Source: Promethearchaeota archaeon
Lineage (GTDB): Archaea; Asgardarchaeota; Thorarchaeia; Thorarchaeales; Thorarchaeaceae
Length of the DNA stretch: 64,000 nucleotides
Direction: 5' to 3'
Assembly: GCA_048939765.1 (NCBI GenBank)
Contig: JBHLPF010000001.1
Span: 46,073 to 110,072 of the forward strand
Position numbers and translations under genes: made by a program. Shown here piece after piece: positions 54,446 to 63,876 of the stretch. The notes under the pieces are model-generated. The model made no database searches. It worked only from the letters and a program-made list of their open reading frames with translations, and had not been told where the DNA came from. Position 1 is the stretch's first letter. Every line of letters starts with the position of its first letter.

Positions 54446-55420
54446 CTAACGCACCTCTCTCAGTATTGTAGCATAGGCATCCGCTACAAGTTCTGCAATT
54501 TCTCTGTTAACTTCCGGATTACCATTCTGCCTGAAGTTCTCTGCAGCCACTTGTTGACATCCTCTTGATAGCATACGAATGTCACGTGGATTGCCCTTGG
54601 CTGCTCTATTGATGACTATCACAGCATCATCAATGAATGGGTAGACATTGTAGCTGTTCGCATCAAAGGTGTCAATCTGCCCCTTTGCATATGCGATTCT
54701 TCTACCAATGAACTCCTTGGCTTTCTCATCATCTAAAGCAGGAACATCAAGTGGCTCAGTCCTATCCGCAATTTGCGGCAGGAAGCTTAGCATTGCGTTC
54801 CAGTAAACCGCAGTCCCTGACATTATCAGAGTGATAATTGGCTCATCTAATACCTCTGGATTGTCAGCTTTCATCTCCTCGGTGGGCAAGTCCGCAAGGT
54901 ATCTGAGCTTGTGGAATGCCGCTTCTTGGTTATCAGCAACATCTTCCACAAATAGGGCTGTGCGGCTTTTCTCTTCAGTATATCTTCTAACACATTCTTG
55001 GGCAATTGACTCTACAATCTGACTTGATTCCCAAGATCTGCGGTATTTCACTCTCAGCGAGTCTGCTATTGCGGCCGACATCTGTTTCTCATAGAGACCA
55101 GTCATTCCAACATATCCAGTGACGAATTTATTTCCTCGACGATCTGCTAGGGTGGGCAGGTCTCTGAGAGCCAGCAACATGAGAGTACTCTTTCCTGAGC
55201 CCACCGGTCCTCTGAGAAAGATGTGTCTCTCATTCGTGATTATCAAATCAACAATGCTATCGAGAAAATCAGGATGCTCCACATACAGTCTGGAGTCAGG
55301 CATCTTGTATCCCCGGAATGGGGAGAACCTGCACCCAATTCTCTCCTCCCAAGCTCGCAAGACTTCCTTGCGAGTGTTGAAGTGACGAATCAATGCACTT
55401 TCGTGAATTGCTATTGTCAT
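54446..55420 (-). CDS. AAA+ ATPase ('archaeal ATPase'/Orc-like clade), function unknown
   Basis: 324 aa. Walker A GPVGSGKSTLM and Walker B ALFVEDVAD. No C-terminal wHTH of its own. Confidence 0.55.
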   Translation of the reverse strand: MTIAIHESALIRHFNTRKEVLRAWEERIGCRFSPFRGYKMPDSRLYVEHPDFLDSIVDLIITNERHIFLRGPVGSGKSTLMLLALRDLPTLADRRGNKFVTGYVGMTGLYEKQMSAAIADSLRVKYRRSWESSQIVESIAQECVRRYTEEKSRTALFVEDVADNQEAAFHKLRYLADLPTEEMKADNPEVLDEPIITLIMSGTAVYWNAMLSFLPQIADRTEPLDVPALDDEKAKEFIGRRIAYAKGQIDTFDANSYNVYPFIDDAVIVINRAAKGNPRDIRMLSRGCQQVAAENFRQNGNPEVNREIAELVADAYATILREVR

Positions 55421-55470
55421 GATGTGAACCTCATGGTATCACATGTACTTCTTGTAATACAATCACTGAG

Positions 55471-55878
55471 ATGCCCACTAATAAGTGGTGTGGTGAATTT
55501 TCAGTCTGGCAATTCCAAGACGCAACCTTTTTGAACAGGATGAATAGGCTTGAATGCACAACCGGGCATGACCCGCCAATCACACAGGAGAATACTCGAA
55601 TGGATGTCGATCGAATACGGCACGTCCTAAACTCTCTGATGATACTCAGTTTTCTAATCTTCGGAGGTTTAGCAGCAATAATCCTAATCGCAGACGTAGA
55701 GCTAACAAGCCCAGCAGTCGCCCTCCCCTTCGCATTCTTGTTTATCTCCCTCACGACACTTATCACAACTGGACAGATAAACGACAGACCCCGATTGGTT
55801 AAGAAGTATCTCCGAGACTGGCTGATCATCTGTGCGTTTGCCATTCTTGTCAGTGCCCTAGTCATTACATTTGCATAA
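55471..55878 (+). CDS. Small membrane protein (three predicted TM helices)
   Basis: Hydrophobic helices from about residue 50. The probable true start is the internal Met (MDVDRIRHV...). Confidence 0.4.
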   Translation: MPTNKWCGEFSVWQFQDATFLNRMNRLECTTGHDPPITQENTRMDVDRIRHVLNSLMILSFLIFGGLAAIILIADVELTSPAVALPFAFLFISLTTLITTGQINDRPRLVKKYLRDWLIICAFAILVSALVITFA

Positions 55879-55954
55879 TGTGCATCACAAGAGTTTTAGG
55901 ACATCAATATAGCACGACTGACTGTACCAATCTCATCCGTCGAAGTGAAGACCA

Positions 55955-56587
55955 ATGAGCAAAATCCTACCTGGAACAAAGACGACTCGCATGGAGCTTC
56001 TGCGACTGAAGAACAGGATGAGACTCGCAGAACGAGGTCATAATCTTCTCAAAGAGAAACGCGACTCACTAATCATGGAGTTCTTCAACTCAATTGAAGA
56101 GATCAAGAAGACTCGGGAGGAAGTGGAAGTGGCCCTCGCTTCAGCATTCTCCGCACTAACAAAGACAAAGATGGTCATGGGTCCAGCTGAGGTCGTTGAA
56201 TTCGCCAATGCAAGCAAGGTCCAAGCTAATCTGAGGATCTCTACAAGATCTATGATGGGTGTAGTAGTTCCAGTACTGTCAGTGGAACAAGTCATTCCCG
56301 AGCTTCCATATTCACTGCCAGATTCCAGCGTCCAGCTCGATGTCATGTCAGCCAAGTTTAACGGGGCCATGAAAGCTGTGGTGCGCCTTGCTGAGATTGA
56401 CTCAACTGTCAAACGACTGGCAATCGAAATTGAGCGAACCAAGAGACGTGTTTCTGCTCTTGAAACCATTGTGATTCCTAGACTGGATGCAACAGCGCGG
56501 TATGTTAAACAAGCTCTTGAAGAGAGAGAACGTGAAGACTTCTTCAGGCTCAAGTTCCTCAAAGAACAGATGGAGTCTGAAAGCTAG
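55955..56587 (+). CDS. atpD: A/V-type ATP synthase subunit D
   Basis: 210 aa. N-terminal PGTKTTRMELLRLKNRMRLAERGHNLLKEKRD is the conserved AtpD/Vma8 start, and the protein is coiled-coil throughout. No other A1Ao subunit genes are adjacent. Confidence 0.85.
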   Translation: MSKILPGTKTTRMELLRLKNRMRLAERGHNLLKEKRDSLIMEFFNSIEEIKKTREEVEVALASAFSALTKTKMVMGPAEVVEFANASKVQANLRISTRSMMGVVVPVLSVEQVIPELPYSLPDSSVQLDVMSAKFNGAMKAVVRLAEIDSTVKRLAIEIERTKRRVSALETIVIPRLDATARYVKQALEEREREDFFRLKFLKEQMESES

Positions 56588-56610
56588 GGTATGTATTAGC
56601 TGTATTACAT

Positions 56611-57012
56611 CTATGTATGTCGCAATTTCAGAATTGCTGCTGCAAGATCTCCCTGAGTTTCCCGCAGAGCTTCCTTTGCTACCTCGATATCAACTCCAGT
56701 CTGTGCTGCAACAAGTGCGGCATCTTCCATTGGAATCTCAATCTCCTTCACTGGTTCTTGAACGGCTTCCTCGCCACCTTCTGCAGCTGTAGTCAAACCG
56801 CGTTCCAGCTTTGTGCCTGATACTTGGAACGATTCACTACCAGCTTGTTTCACCAGTACCACTTGAGGATCATTAACCACCCATTCTTTGTCTGCAAAAC
56901 GGAATATCACTTCCTTGACACCAGGCACATCCTGTTGTTCGATACCCATCTGTTTCATCATTCGAGCAATTGCTCTAGGTGACATCCCACGTTGACCACG
57001 TCTGCGTGACAT
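56611..57012 (-). CDS. nac: Nascent polypeptide-associated complex protein (NAC alpha homologue)
   Basis: 133 aa. NAC domain followed by a C-terminal UBA-like helix bundle (EDAALVAAQTGVDIEVAKEALRETQGDLAAAILKL). Confidence 0.8.
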   Translation of the reverse strand: MSRRRGQRGMSPRAIARMMKQMGIEQQDVPGVKEVIFRFADKEWVVNDPQVVLVKQAGSESFQVSGTKLERGLTTAAEGGEEAVQEPVKEIEIPMEDAALVAAQTGVDIEVAKEALRETQGDLAAAILKLRHT

Positions 57013-57069
57013 TGTTCAATCCTCAAGTCTAGATATTCAATCTTACACCCGAAGGAGGAGATAAAATGC

Positions 57070-57912
57070 TTACGCTTGAACAGTATTTTCCTGTCCTACT
57101 ACGATATCAAAAACGTGGTGGATGATGTTCGGCGCGTACATCTTTACTTGGCGAATTGAAACTTGAGATGTAAATCCCTGACCTGAGCAAATCTCTTTTA
57201 CAACCTCAGTAGTTCTGGGCAGGCTGTTTTTGGGAAGTGCAATATGCATGTGCACCGTCCCTCCCTCTGGCACTAAAGATTCCAGTGCATGAATCAAGTA
57301 CTCCTGAGTGTCATGAAGATATCCCATTATCACACGATTCATACAGTTGGTCGGATGCACATCGCGACAATCACCTAGAATCGCATTTACTTTGTCAGTG
57401 AAACCGTTCAGACTGATATTCTCAATAAGCAGTTCATATGCTTCGGGATTAATCTCAATCGAAGTTACTTTAGCCCTTCCAGTCTTCGCTGCATGCAGTG
57501 AGAATTGCCCAACACAAGCAAACATGTCTAGGATTTCCTCCCCTGATCCAATAACTCGGCCCATTCTGATTCTCTCAGCAAGGTTCCCTCCAGAGAATGT
57601 AAATCGTAGTGGGTCAACCCTGAAACTCACTCCTCCCTCGACATGTGTTGTAAGAGTGTTGGAGTCCCCCGCAATCAAGGTATAGTCCGGCTTGCGAACA
57701 CGTCCTTTGGTAGGGCCAGTCTTGACTGCAACCGATCTAATCCTAGTATCATACTCTAGAGTCGCTTCTCCAATCTGGTTTGCAAAAGAAACAGAATCCT
57801 GGTCTAAGTTCAGAATAGCCACATGTCCGATTAGATGGAACCCTGATGGGAGTCTAGCTTCTTGAGGAATAACTCCTTGAAGTCGTGTTCTGAGAAATTC
57901 TGGATATTGCAT
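57070..57912 (-). CDS. trm5: tRNA (guanine37-N1)-methyltransferase Trm5 / Met-10+ family
   Basis: 280 aa. Met-10+ methyltransferase core with SAM motif DMFACVGQFSL and NPEA-like INPEA motif. Confidence 0.8.
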   Translation of the reverse strand: MQYPEFLRTRLQGVIPQEARLPSGFHLIGHVAILNLDQDSVSFANQIGEATLEYDTRIRSVAVKTGPTKGRVRKPDYTLIAGDSNTLTTHVEGGVSFRVDPLRFTFSGGNLAERIRMGRVIGSGEEILDMFACVGQFSLHAAKTGRAKVTSIEINPEAYELLIENISLNGFTDKVNAILGDCRDVHPTNCMNRVIMGYLHDTQEYLIHALESLVPEGGTVHMHIALPKNSLPRTTEVVKEICSGQGFTSQVSIRQVKMYAPNIIHHVFDIVVGQENTVQA

Positions 57913-58031
57913 TGGCTTTCTCTATCATGCCCAACCCCATAAAACATTGATGCTAGGATAACCTATCCTATGACTTACATCCCTTACTTCATATTTCTCG
58001 TATTACAACATCCTTGGGGTTAGACCATATA

Positions 58032-59231
58032 TCAGCAATACATGCTGCCAGGGGCCCCATCGCCTCTGCCGCGGGTTTGAATCTTGGCTATTGCTTTGCT
58101 AAAGTCATCTTGCCGCACACAGACTCTGCTCTCACGGATAGCAAACATGCCTGCTTCAGTGCATATCGCCTTGATATCGGCACCAGTCTTGCCAGCTGTG
58201 GCGGAAACTAGCTTGGTAAAGTCAAGCTTTGAATCCAAATTCATGCCACGAGTATGAATCTTGAATATTTCCGTCCGACTGTCATCATCGGGGAATGGAA
58301 ACTCGATTATTCGGTCAAAGCGACCCGGTCTTAACAATGCAGGATCCAGGATATCCGGCCGATTAGTTGCACCAAGAACTGCGACCTGTCCTCGATTCTC
58401 AAAACCATCAAGTTCACTGAGGAGTTGCATCAGAGTCCGTTGTACTTCTCTGTCACCCGAGGTAGCTATGTCGAGTCTATGCGAACCCACAGCATCGAGC
58501 TCATCAACAAACACGATTGCCGGCGCTTTCTCCTTGGCAAGCATGAATATCTCTCGTACAAGACGGGCTCCCTCACCAATGAACTTCTGTACCAGCTCCG
58601 ATCCAATCACACGAATGAAGGTTGCATTGGTTTCATGTGCGACAGCACGTGCACAGAGTGTCTTTCCTGTCCCTGGCGATCCTGTGAGGAGAACTCCTCT
58701 TGGTGGTTCAATTCCCACCTGTTCGAACAGATGGGGTTTCACGAGAGGTAGTTCTACAGTCTCCTTGATTTCAAGGAGCTGGTCTCTGAGGCCTCCGATG
58801 TCAGTATATGATACCTCAGGAGCCTCTTCAATCTCCATCGCTCTGATCATTGGGTCTCTTGATGGAGGCAGCTCCTGTGTGACTGCAAAAGATCGTTGAT
58901 TGAGGGCCACTCTCATACCAGGCTGTATCTTCTCCTTGACTATTGATGAAGAAACATGCACTACGAAGTTTGGACCTGTAGAGCTCTTCACAACAGCTCT
59001 GCCATCTTCTAACATCTCAATCACTGTCGCAGTGATCAGAGGCGACTGTCGAAGCTTTTCAAGCTCAGTTCGAAGAGTTTGAGTTTCTTTCTCCAACCTG
59101 GAACGTTCAGCCTGTAGTATCTGTTTCTCCGTTTCAAGAGCACGAAGACGACGTTCAAGATGTCGAGTGTAATTCTCTGTTAAGGATGAATCGTCGATGC
59201 TGTCATTTTTGGCATCAGTGGTTCCTGGCAA
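58032..59231 (-). CDS. pan: Proteasome-activating nucleotidase (PAN)
   Basis: 399 aa. N-terminal coiled coil, OB domain, AAA+ Walker A GSPGTGKT, Walker B VFVDELDA and second region of homology. Confidence 0.92.
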   Translation of the reverse strand: MPGTTDAKNDSIDDSSLTENYTRHLERRLRALETEKQILQAERSRLEKETQTLRTELEKLRQSPLITATVIEMLEDGRAVVKSSTGPNFVVHVSSSIVKEKIQPGMRVALNQRSFAVTQELPPSRDPMIRAMEIEEAPEVSYTDIGGLRDQLLEIKETVELPLVKPHLFEQVGIEPPRGVLLTGSPGTGKTLCARAVAHETNATFIRVIGSELVQKFIGEGARLVREIFMLAKEKAPAIVFVDELDAVGSHRLDIATSGDREVQRTLMQLLSELDGFENRGQVAVLGATNRPDILDPALLRPGRFDRIIEFPFPDDDSRTEIFKIHTRGMNLDSKLDFTKLVSATAGKTGADIKAICTEAGMFAIRESRVCVRQDDFSKAIAKIQTRGRGDGAPGSMYC

Positions 59232-59373
59232 TCAGAGCACCTCGCAGCTCAATTCTCTGAAGATGTTAAAAGGTTTATTTTGAGGGTCTATATGCGCCAA
59301 CTTGCACCCATATCCAGTCAGTTACTTTTATCTACGTATTCTATTCTGAAGGACTTGAAGAGGGATAATCAAC

Positions 59374-59943
59374 GTGCCCAGCTGCGAACTTTGTGGCCGA
59401 AACATGAAGGGTCGTGGACGGAATGTCGAGATCGAGGGCGCTCAAATGAACGTCTGCCCACAGTGTGCTAGTAGATTCGGTGGTTCTGAGTCTGTTTCTG
59501 GTCAACGGGGCTCATCCGCGCCAAAGGTGCGACCGTCCTGGGTTGGCGAGTCAAGGAAACCAGCATCAGCTCCTCCGCTCAGGTCACCATCACCTGCTAA
59601 GAAAAGACCCAGACCAAAGTCGACTGGGACTCTCCTTGATGACATGATGCTGGTAGAGGACTTTGCAAGAAGAATCCAGACTGCGAGGCAGAAAAAGAAA
59701 CTGAACCAAGAGGAGCTTGCACAGAAGGTAGGAGAGCGCATTTCAACACTGCAAGCCATAGAGGCAGGTCGACTCAAACCCACCCGCAAGACTATCCGAG
59801 GCCTTGAAAGGGAGCTGGAAATCTCATTGCTTGAACCAATCGATGCTGTTCCCATCAAAACATCTCGAGGAATCTCTGGCACTGGTCCTACACTGGGAGA
59901 CAGAGTAGTTGTCAAGCGAAAGAAGTCCCAGAAGTCTGAATGA
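59374..59943 (+). CDS. mbf1: Archaeal multiprotein-bridging factor 1 (aMBF1): zinc ribbon plus HTH_XRE
   Basis: 189 aa. N-terminal CELCG...CPQC zinc ribbon, Pro/Ser-rich linker and C-terminal HTH (LNQEELAQKVGERISTLQAIEAGR). Confidence 0.8.
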   Translation: MPSCELCGRNMKGRGRNVEIEGAQMNVCPQCASRFGGSESVSGQRGSSAPKVRPSWVGESRKPASAPPLRSPSPAKKRPRPKSTGTLLDDMMLVEDFARRIQTARQKKKLNQEELAQKVGERISTLQAIEAGRLKPTRKTIRGLERELEISLLEPIDAVPIKTSRGISGTGPTLGDRVVVKRKKSQKSE

Positions 59944-60088
59944 GAGGGACCCAAACGAAGTGAATATATAGTGTCTTATACAATTATAGTATAGTAAGTG
60001 CAAGTTCTAGTTTCCAAACGCAGGGCTTTTGGTTACATTAAGACACAGTCGACTAGCCAGCTACCATTCGCTAGGGTGATCACTTCAA

Positions 60089-60616
60089 ATGGCACATGCG
60101 AACATAAATCATGACCTTTTCCGCCTTGTAGTTGAAGAGATTTCAGGCAAGGAAGGTGTGGACGTTGCATCAGTACTTGTCAATGCGGAAGAAACCACAG
60201 ATGAGGAAATTGCTACCAAGACCGATTTGAAATTGAACATTGTACGCCGAATTCTTTACAAACTCCACGATAATCACCTTGCATCATATCGCCGAATTCG
60301 GGATACTAATACTGGCTGGTTTCTCTACTATTGGAAGATTGACCCGAAGAAAGCTCAGGCTCTGGTCAATCGGAAGAAACGTATGGTGTTGAACCTACTC
60401 GAACAGCGATTGGAACATGAAACAAACAATGACCTCTATGCCTGTGTGAACCGTGATTCATCCCCAGTTCCTTTTGAAGAGGCGATGAATCTGTCATTTC
60501 GCTGCCCGTCATGCAACGAACAGCTAGAGTATGTTGACAACAAGAGGGCCATCAACTTTCTCAGGAAACGCGTGGAGGAACTAAGAGCGGACCTGGAAGC
60601 CACATCCACAACATAG
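60089..60616 (+). CDS. tfe: Transcription factor E alpha (TFE, TFIIE-alpha homologue)
   Basis: 175 aa. N-terminal winged helix and C-terminal zinc ribbon (CVNRD...CPSCNEQ). Confidence 0.8.
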   Translation: MAHANINHDLFRLVVEEISGKEGVDVASVLVNAEETTDEEIATKTDLKLNIVRRILYKLHDNHLASYRRIRDTNTGWFLYYWKIDPKKAQALVNRKKRMVLNLLEQRLEHETNNDLYACVNRDSSPVPFEEAMNLSFRCPSCNEQLEYVDNKRAINFLRKRVEELRADLEATSTT

Positions 60617-60682
60617 GAACCCTAGTCAGCTTCAGAAACCTACTTAGCAAGCGAGGATTAGCCAGCATCCGGAGATGGACTG

Positions 60683-61456
60683 GTGAAGCGTTTAGTTCTC
60701 AAGGCCCGTGCCTATGGCCCATTTAGGGGAAGAATCCTCCATGCAGCAGAGTCGGAAATCTCTGAGATGACAAGAGAGCTTGATGTGAGTCTGTCAAGGC
60801 TAAAGACCGACAATAGAAACCGCATCATCATCGAGATCGATGGGGAAGACGAGGAATTCGTCAGCAATGTACTCTCCAAAGAATATGGCACAGTAACTAC
60901 CACTGATGCTATTTCAGTTGGTTCTGTATATCCCGGACATTTTGTAGATGTCGGAAAGGTCGGATATGGTTTGTACGTGGATATTGGCATAACCATGCCA
61001 CTTCAAGTTGATGCCCTTATCCCCCTTTTCACTCTTCGAGAACAGCTCTCAATGGAGAAAGTTTCACTGCGCACAATTTCTAAGACGGTTGTCTTTGTGG
61101 ATAATCTACCAGTCAAGGTCAGCATAACAGGCGTTGACAAACGAGGTCCCAAAATCGAGGCTGAGCTTGCTGAGTCTTCTCTCAATCAGCTCAACAGGTG
61201 GGTGAATGATGATCATGAACGCTTGCTTGTTCTAGGCTGTACTAGGAAAATGCTGGACGATGCACTGAAGAAATCCAATCACTTAGAAGACATCTATCGA
61301 GTGGAAGAACTCGGTAGTTTCGAGTATTCACTTAGATGTAAAAGAAGCACACGGGCATCTGGGATCTTGGCAGCCATCGGTCCAAAACTGAGGGGAGTAC
61401 CAATGCGCCTTTTTATTCCAGATGAAGTGGGAGAGAAGTATCATGCCAAGACTTGA
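60683..61456 (+). CDS. Conserved hypothetical protein with a central OB/S1-like segment
   Basis: 257 aa. GHFVDVGKVGYGLYVDIG resembles an S1/OB-fold nucleic-acid-binding strand. Function unknown. Confidence 0.4.
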   Translation: MKRLVLKARAYGPFRGRILHAAESEISEMTRELDVSLSRLKTDNRNRIIIEIDGEDEEFVSNVLSKEYGTVTTTDAISVGSVYPGHFVDVGKVGYGLYVDIGITMPLQVDALIPLFTLREQLSMEKVSLRTISKTVVFVDNLPVKVSITGVDKRGPKIEAELAESSLNQLNRWVNDDHERLLVLGCTRKMLDDALKKSNHLEDIYRVEELGSFEYSLRCKRSTRASGILAAIGPKLRGVPMRLFIPDEVGEKYHAKT

Positions 61457-62120
61457 TATTTGGCTCGTGGAACAAGGCTACTTCTCCTCGCGACAGGCTG
61501 CAAAACGTGCCATACGGGCGGGACACGTCAAAGTGAATGGAGCTCTGTCAAAGCCGTCAAAAAACATCACAGAAACGGACTCAGTCGTTGTATCAACTGT
61601 AATACAGGATAACCCAATTGGATACGCAAAACTCCAAGAGATTGACGATTACATAGAAGGAAATCTACTGCGAGATATCGGTCTGGCTCTCGATATTGGT
61701 AGCTCCGCAGGGGGCTTTTTGACCCTATTAGGTCAGAGGAATATTCGTGTTATTGGTGTCGAGGTTTCGCATGAATTTACAGAAACCCTGGAAGAACTTG
61801 TAGAAGCCTATCCAACCATTTCAATTCTGATTGATGATGCTTTCACAATGGACCCATCAGTTGTATGCGGCGAGAGCACACTGGATCTGCTCCTTGTGGA
61901 TGTTACCACTGATCCTGAGGGCACGCTCAACTTGATTCAGAGGTTCTCGAATCTCATGAGGAAAGGCAGTCGACTGGTGGCGGCCTTCAAATCAAGAAGT
62001 ACTCCTGAAACAATAGAAGAGATATGCAGACAAGTTTCCGAACTAGGTTTTGTCGATATTCAGGACCTCACACTTGACAAGACCCGTCAGGAGATTCATC
62101 TGATAGCCATTCGACATTGA
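61422..62120 (+). CDS. tlyA: TlyA-family rRNA 2'-O-methyltransferase (S4 domain plus FtsJ-like methyltransferase)
   Basis: S4 motif LDIWLVEQGYFSSRQAAKRAIRAGHVKVNG and SAM-binding LDIGSSAGGF. The probable true start is MPRLDIW at 61443. Confidence 0.75.
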   Translation: MKWERSIMPRLDIWLVEQGYFSSRQAAKRAIRAGHVKVNGALSKPSKNITETDSVVVSTVIQDNPIGYAKLQEIDDYIEGNLLRDIGLALDIGSSAGGFLTLLGQRNIRVIGVEVSHEFTETLEELVEAYPTISILIDDAFTMDPSVVCGESTLDLLLVDVTTDPEGTLNLIQRFSNLMRKGSRLVAAFKSRSTPETIEEICRQVSELGFVDIQDLTLDKTRQEIHLIAIRH

Positions 62121-62160
62121 GCAATTCTTTTATTTCGATTGAAACCCTCGAGAATGCTAT

Positions 62161-62270
62161 GGGCCGGTAGTCTAGCCCGGCTATGATGTCTCGCTTACAC
62201 CGAGAAACTGGTTGAGCTTTATGCTCTCCAGATTCGAAGGTCGCTGGTTCAAATCCGGCCCGGCCCACCA
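62161..62270 (+). tRNA. tRNA-Val (anticodon UAC) with a roughly 32-nt insertion between the anticodon stem and T-arm (non-canonical intron position); CCA is encoded
   Basis: GGGCCGG-TA-GTCTAGCCCGGCTATGAT-G-TCTCG-CTTACAC-CGAGA-[AACTGGTTGAGCTTTATGCTCTCCAGATTCGA]-AGGTC-GCTGG-TTCAAAT-CCGGC-CCGGCCC-A-CCA. Acceptor 7/7 and anticodon stem 5/5 perfect. The extra 32 nt cannot be a class II variable arm for Val. Confidence 0.6.
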
Positions 62271-62384
62271 TAATTCTAGAACAATAAGTCACCAAAGGGT
62301 TGAAGAGCTGCTATTGCTACTGGAGAATCGTGCGGTGAGTTCCTACGAGCTACCAAAGGGGTCAAAACAGCCTGACTGGCTTAA

Positions 62385-62472
62385 GCGGGAGTAGCCAAGC
62401 CCGGTCAAAGGCGGAGGACTTAAGATCCTCTCTCGTAGGAGTCCAGGGGTTCAAGTCCCCTCTCCCGCACCA
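62385..62472 (+). tRNA. tRNA-Leu (anticodon UAA), class II with long variable arm; CCA is encoded
   Basis: GCGGGAG-TA-GCC-AAGCCCGGTCAAA-GGC-G-GAGGA-CTTAAGA-TCCTC-TCTCGTAGGAGTCC-AGGGG-TTCAAGT-CCCCT-CTCCCGC-A-CCA. All stems pair. No intron. Confidence 0.8.
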
Positions 62473-62527
62473 ATTCTTTCTTTCCAATGTTTATTGGGAT
62501 ACCCTTATCGGGTAGATAAATCGCGCA

Positions 62528-63856
62528 ATGATCGAGATGACAGCAATGTTTGAGGATCTCATTTTTCCCAAGGGATTCCAATGGGGCAGTGCCGCATCAG
62601 CTCATCAGACTGAAGGCGGAAACCACAACAGCTGGAGCGAATGGGAAAAGATTCCAGGAAAAATCAAGGACGGATCAAACGCAGACATAGCATGTGATCA
62701 CTATAATCGCTTTGAAACCGATTTCGACTTGGCAAAGGAATTAGGTCACCAAGTCCATCGATTCTCGATTGAGTGGAGTAGAATCGAACCAAAACGAGGC
62801 AAATGGAACAAGAAAGAGATGGAGCACTACCGTTCGGTAATCAAGGCGCTCACCGACCGTGGTATTCAACCCATGATGACCCTCCATCACTTTGCCAATC
62901 CACTTTGGTTCCGGGATATTGATGCATGGCTTAATCCTGATAGTCCTGAGATGTTCGGACAATATGCACGAAAGATTGCTGAAGCTTTCTCTGACCTTGA
63001 TATCATCTGGAACACAATCAACGAGCCAATGGTCGTGGTTGCGTTAGGTCATTTATACGGTGAGTTTCCACCCGGTATCAGTGATTTTGGCAAGGCCCAA
63101 GATGCTGCAAAACATCTTCTGATGGCACATGGGCAAGCAGCAACCCAGATTAGAGAGGTCTATGATTCTGCAGGTGGGAAGCAACCGCAGATAGCTCCAG
63201 TGATAAGCACGACCTATTTCATGCCAGCAGATCCTACTAATGATGATGATGTAGAGATGGCCACCTATCTGGATAATCTCTACAATCAAGTATGGATTCG
63301 GGGAGTCGTGAATGCACAAATCGAGGAACTCGATGGCAGCACAACTAACTACAAGCCACTAGAGAACTCTGTGGATTTCATAGGCGTAAATTACTACAGT
63401 CGGATGGTGGTATCATCAGAAGTCGATATCCTTGCTGGTGAAGAGCCTCCGAAAGATCCCACTCTAGAACGATGTGAGGGGTTAGACTGGGAGGTATATC
63501 CTGAAGGCTACTATCATATACTCAAGTCATATTGGGAGAGGTACAACAAGCCAATCTTTCTAACGGAGAACGGCATTGGAACGCTGGATGACTCTCTCCG
63601 TCGAAGATACCTGATATACCATCTTCAGCAAGCCCACCGCGCCATCCAAGACGGAATCGGCATCCGTGGATACCTTGTCTGGAGTCTGACAGATAACTTC
63701 GAATGGGCACATGGCTATGAGAGTCATTTCGGTCTTATCGAAGTAGCCTATGAAACTCAAGAACGTAAACCGCGAGAGAGCGCATACATGTTCCGAGATA
63801 TCATAGAGAACAATGGTCTGACAAAGGAGCTTCAGGAGAAATATCTAAGCCAATAG
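62528..63856 (+). CDS. bgl: Glycoside hydrolase family 1 beta-glucosidase/beta-galactosidase
   Basis: 442 aa. N-terminal FPKGFQWGSAASAHQTEG, acid/base INEP and nucleophile LTENG motifs. Confidence 0.88.
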   Translation: MIEMTAMFEDLIFPKGFQWGSAASAHQTEGGNHNSWSEWEKIPGKIKDGSNADIACDHYNRFETDFDLAKELGHQVHRFSIEWSRIEPKRGKWNKKEMEHYRSVIKALTDRGIQPMMTLHHFANPLWFRDIDAWLNPDSPEMFGQYARKIAEAFSDLDIIWNTINEPMVVVALGHLYGEFPPGISDFGKAQDAAKHLLMAHGQAATQIREVYDSAGGKQPQIAPVISTTYFMPADPTNDDDVEMATYLDNLYNQVWIRGVVNAQIEELDGSTTNYKPLENSVDFIGVNYYSRMVVSSEVDILAGEEPPKDPTLERCEGLDWEVYPEGYYHILKSYWERYNKPIFLTENGIGTLDDSLRRRYLIYHLQQAHRAIQDGIGIRGYLVWSLTDNFEWAHGYESHFGLIEVAYETQERKPRESAYMFRDIIENNGLTKELQEKYLSQ

Positions 63857-63876
63857 CGAATATTCGGGGTTTCACG

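Noticed and set aside
57913-58031. Short inverted repeat GGATAaccTATCC upstream of trm5
   Set aside because: It is a single 5-bp arm repeat, too short to distinguish from chance.
62212-62394. 60-aa ORF between tlyA and bgl
   Set aside because: It spans the 3' half of tRNA-Val and runs into tRNA-Leu, so it is an artefact of the tRNA sequences.
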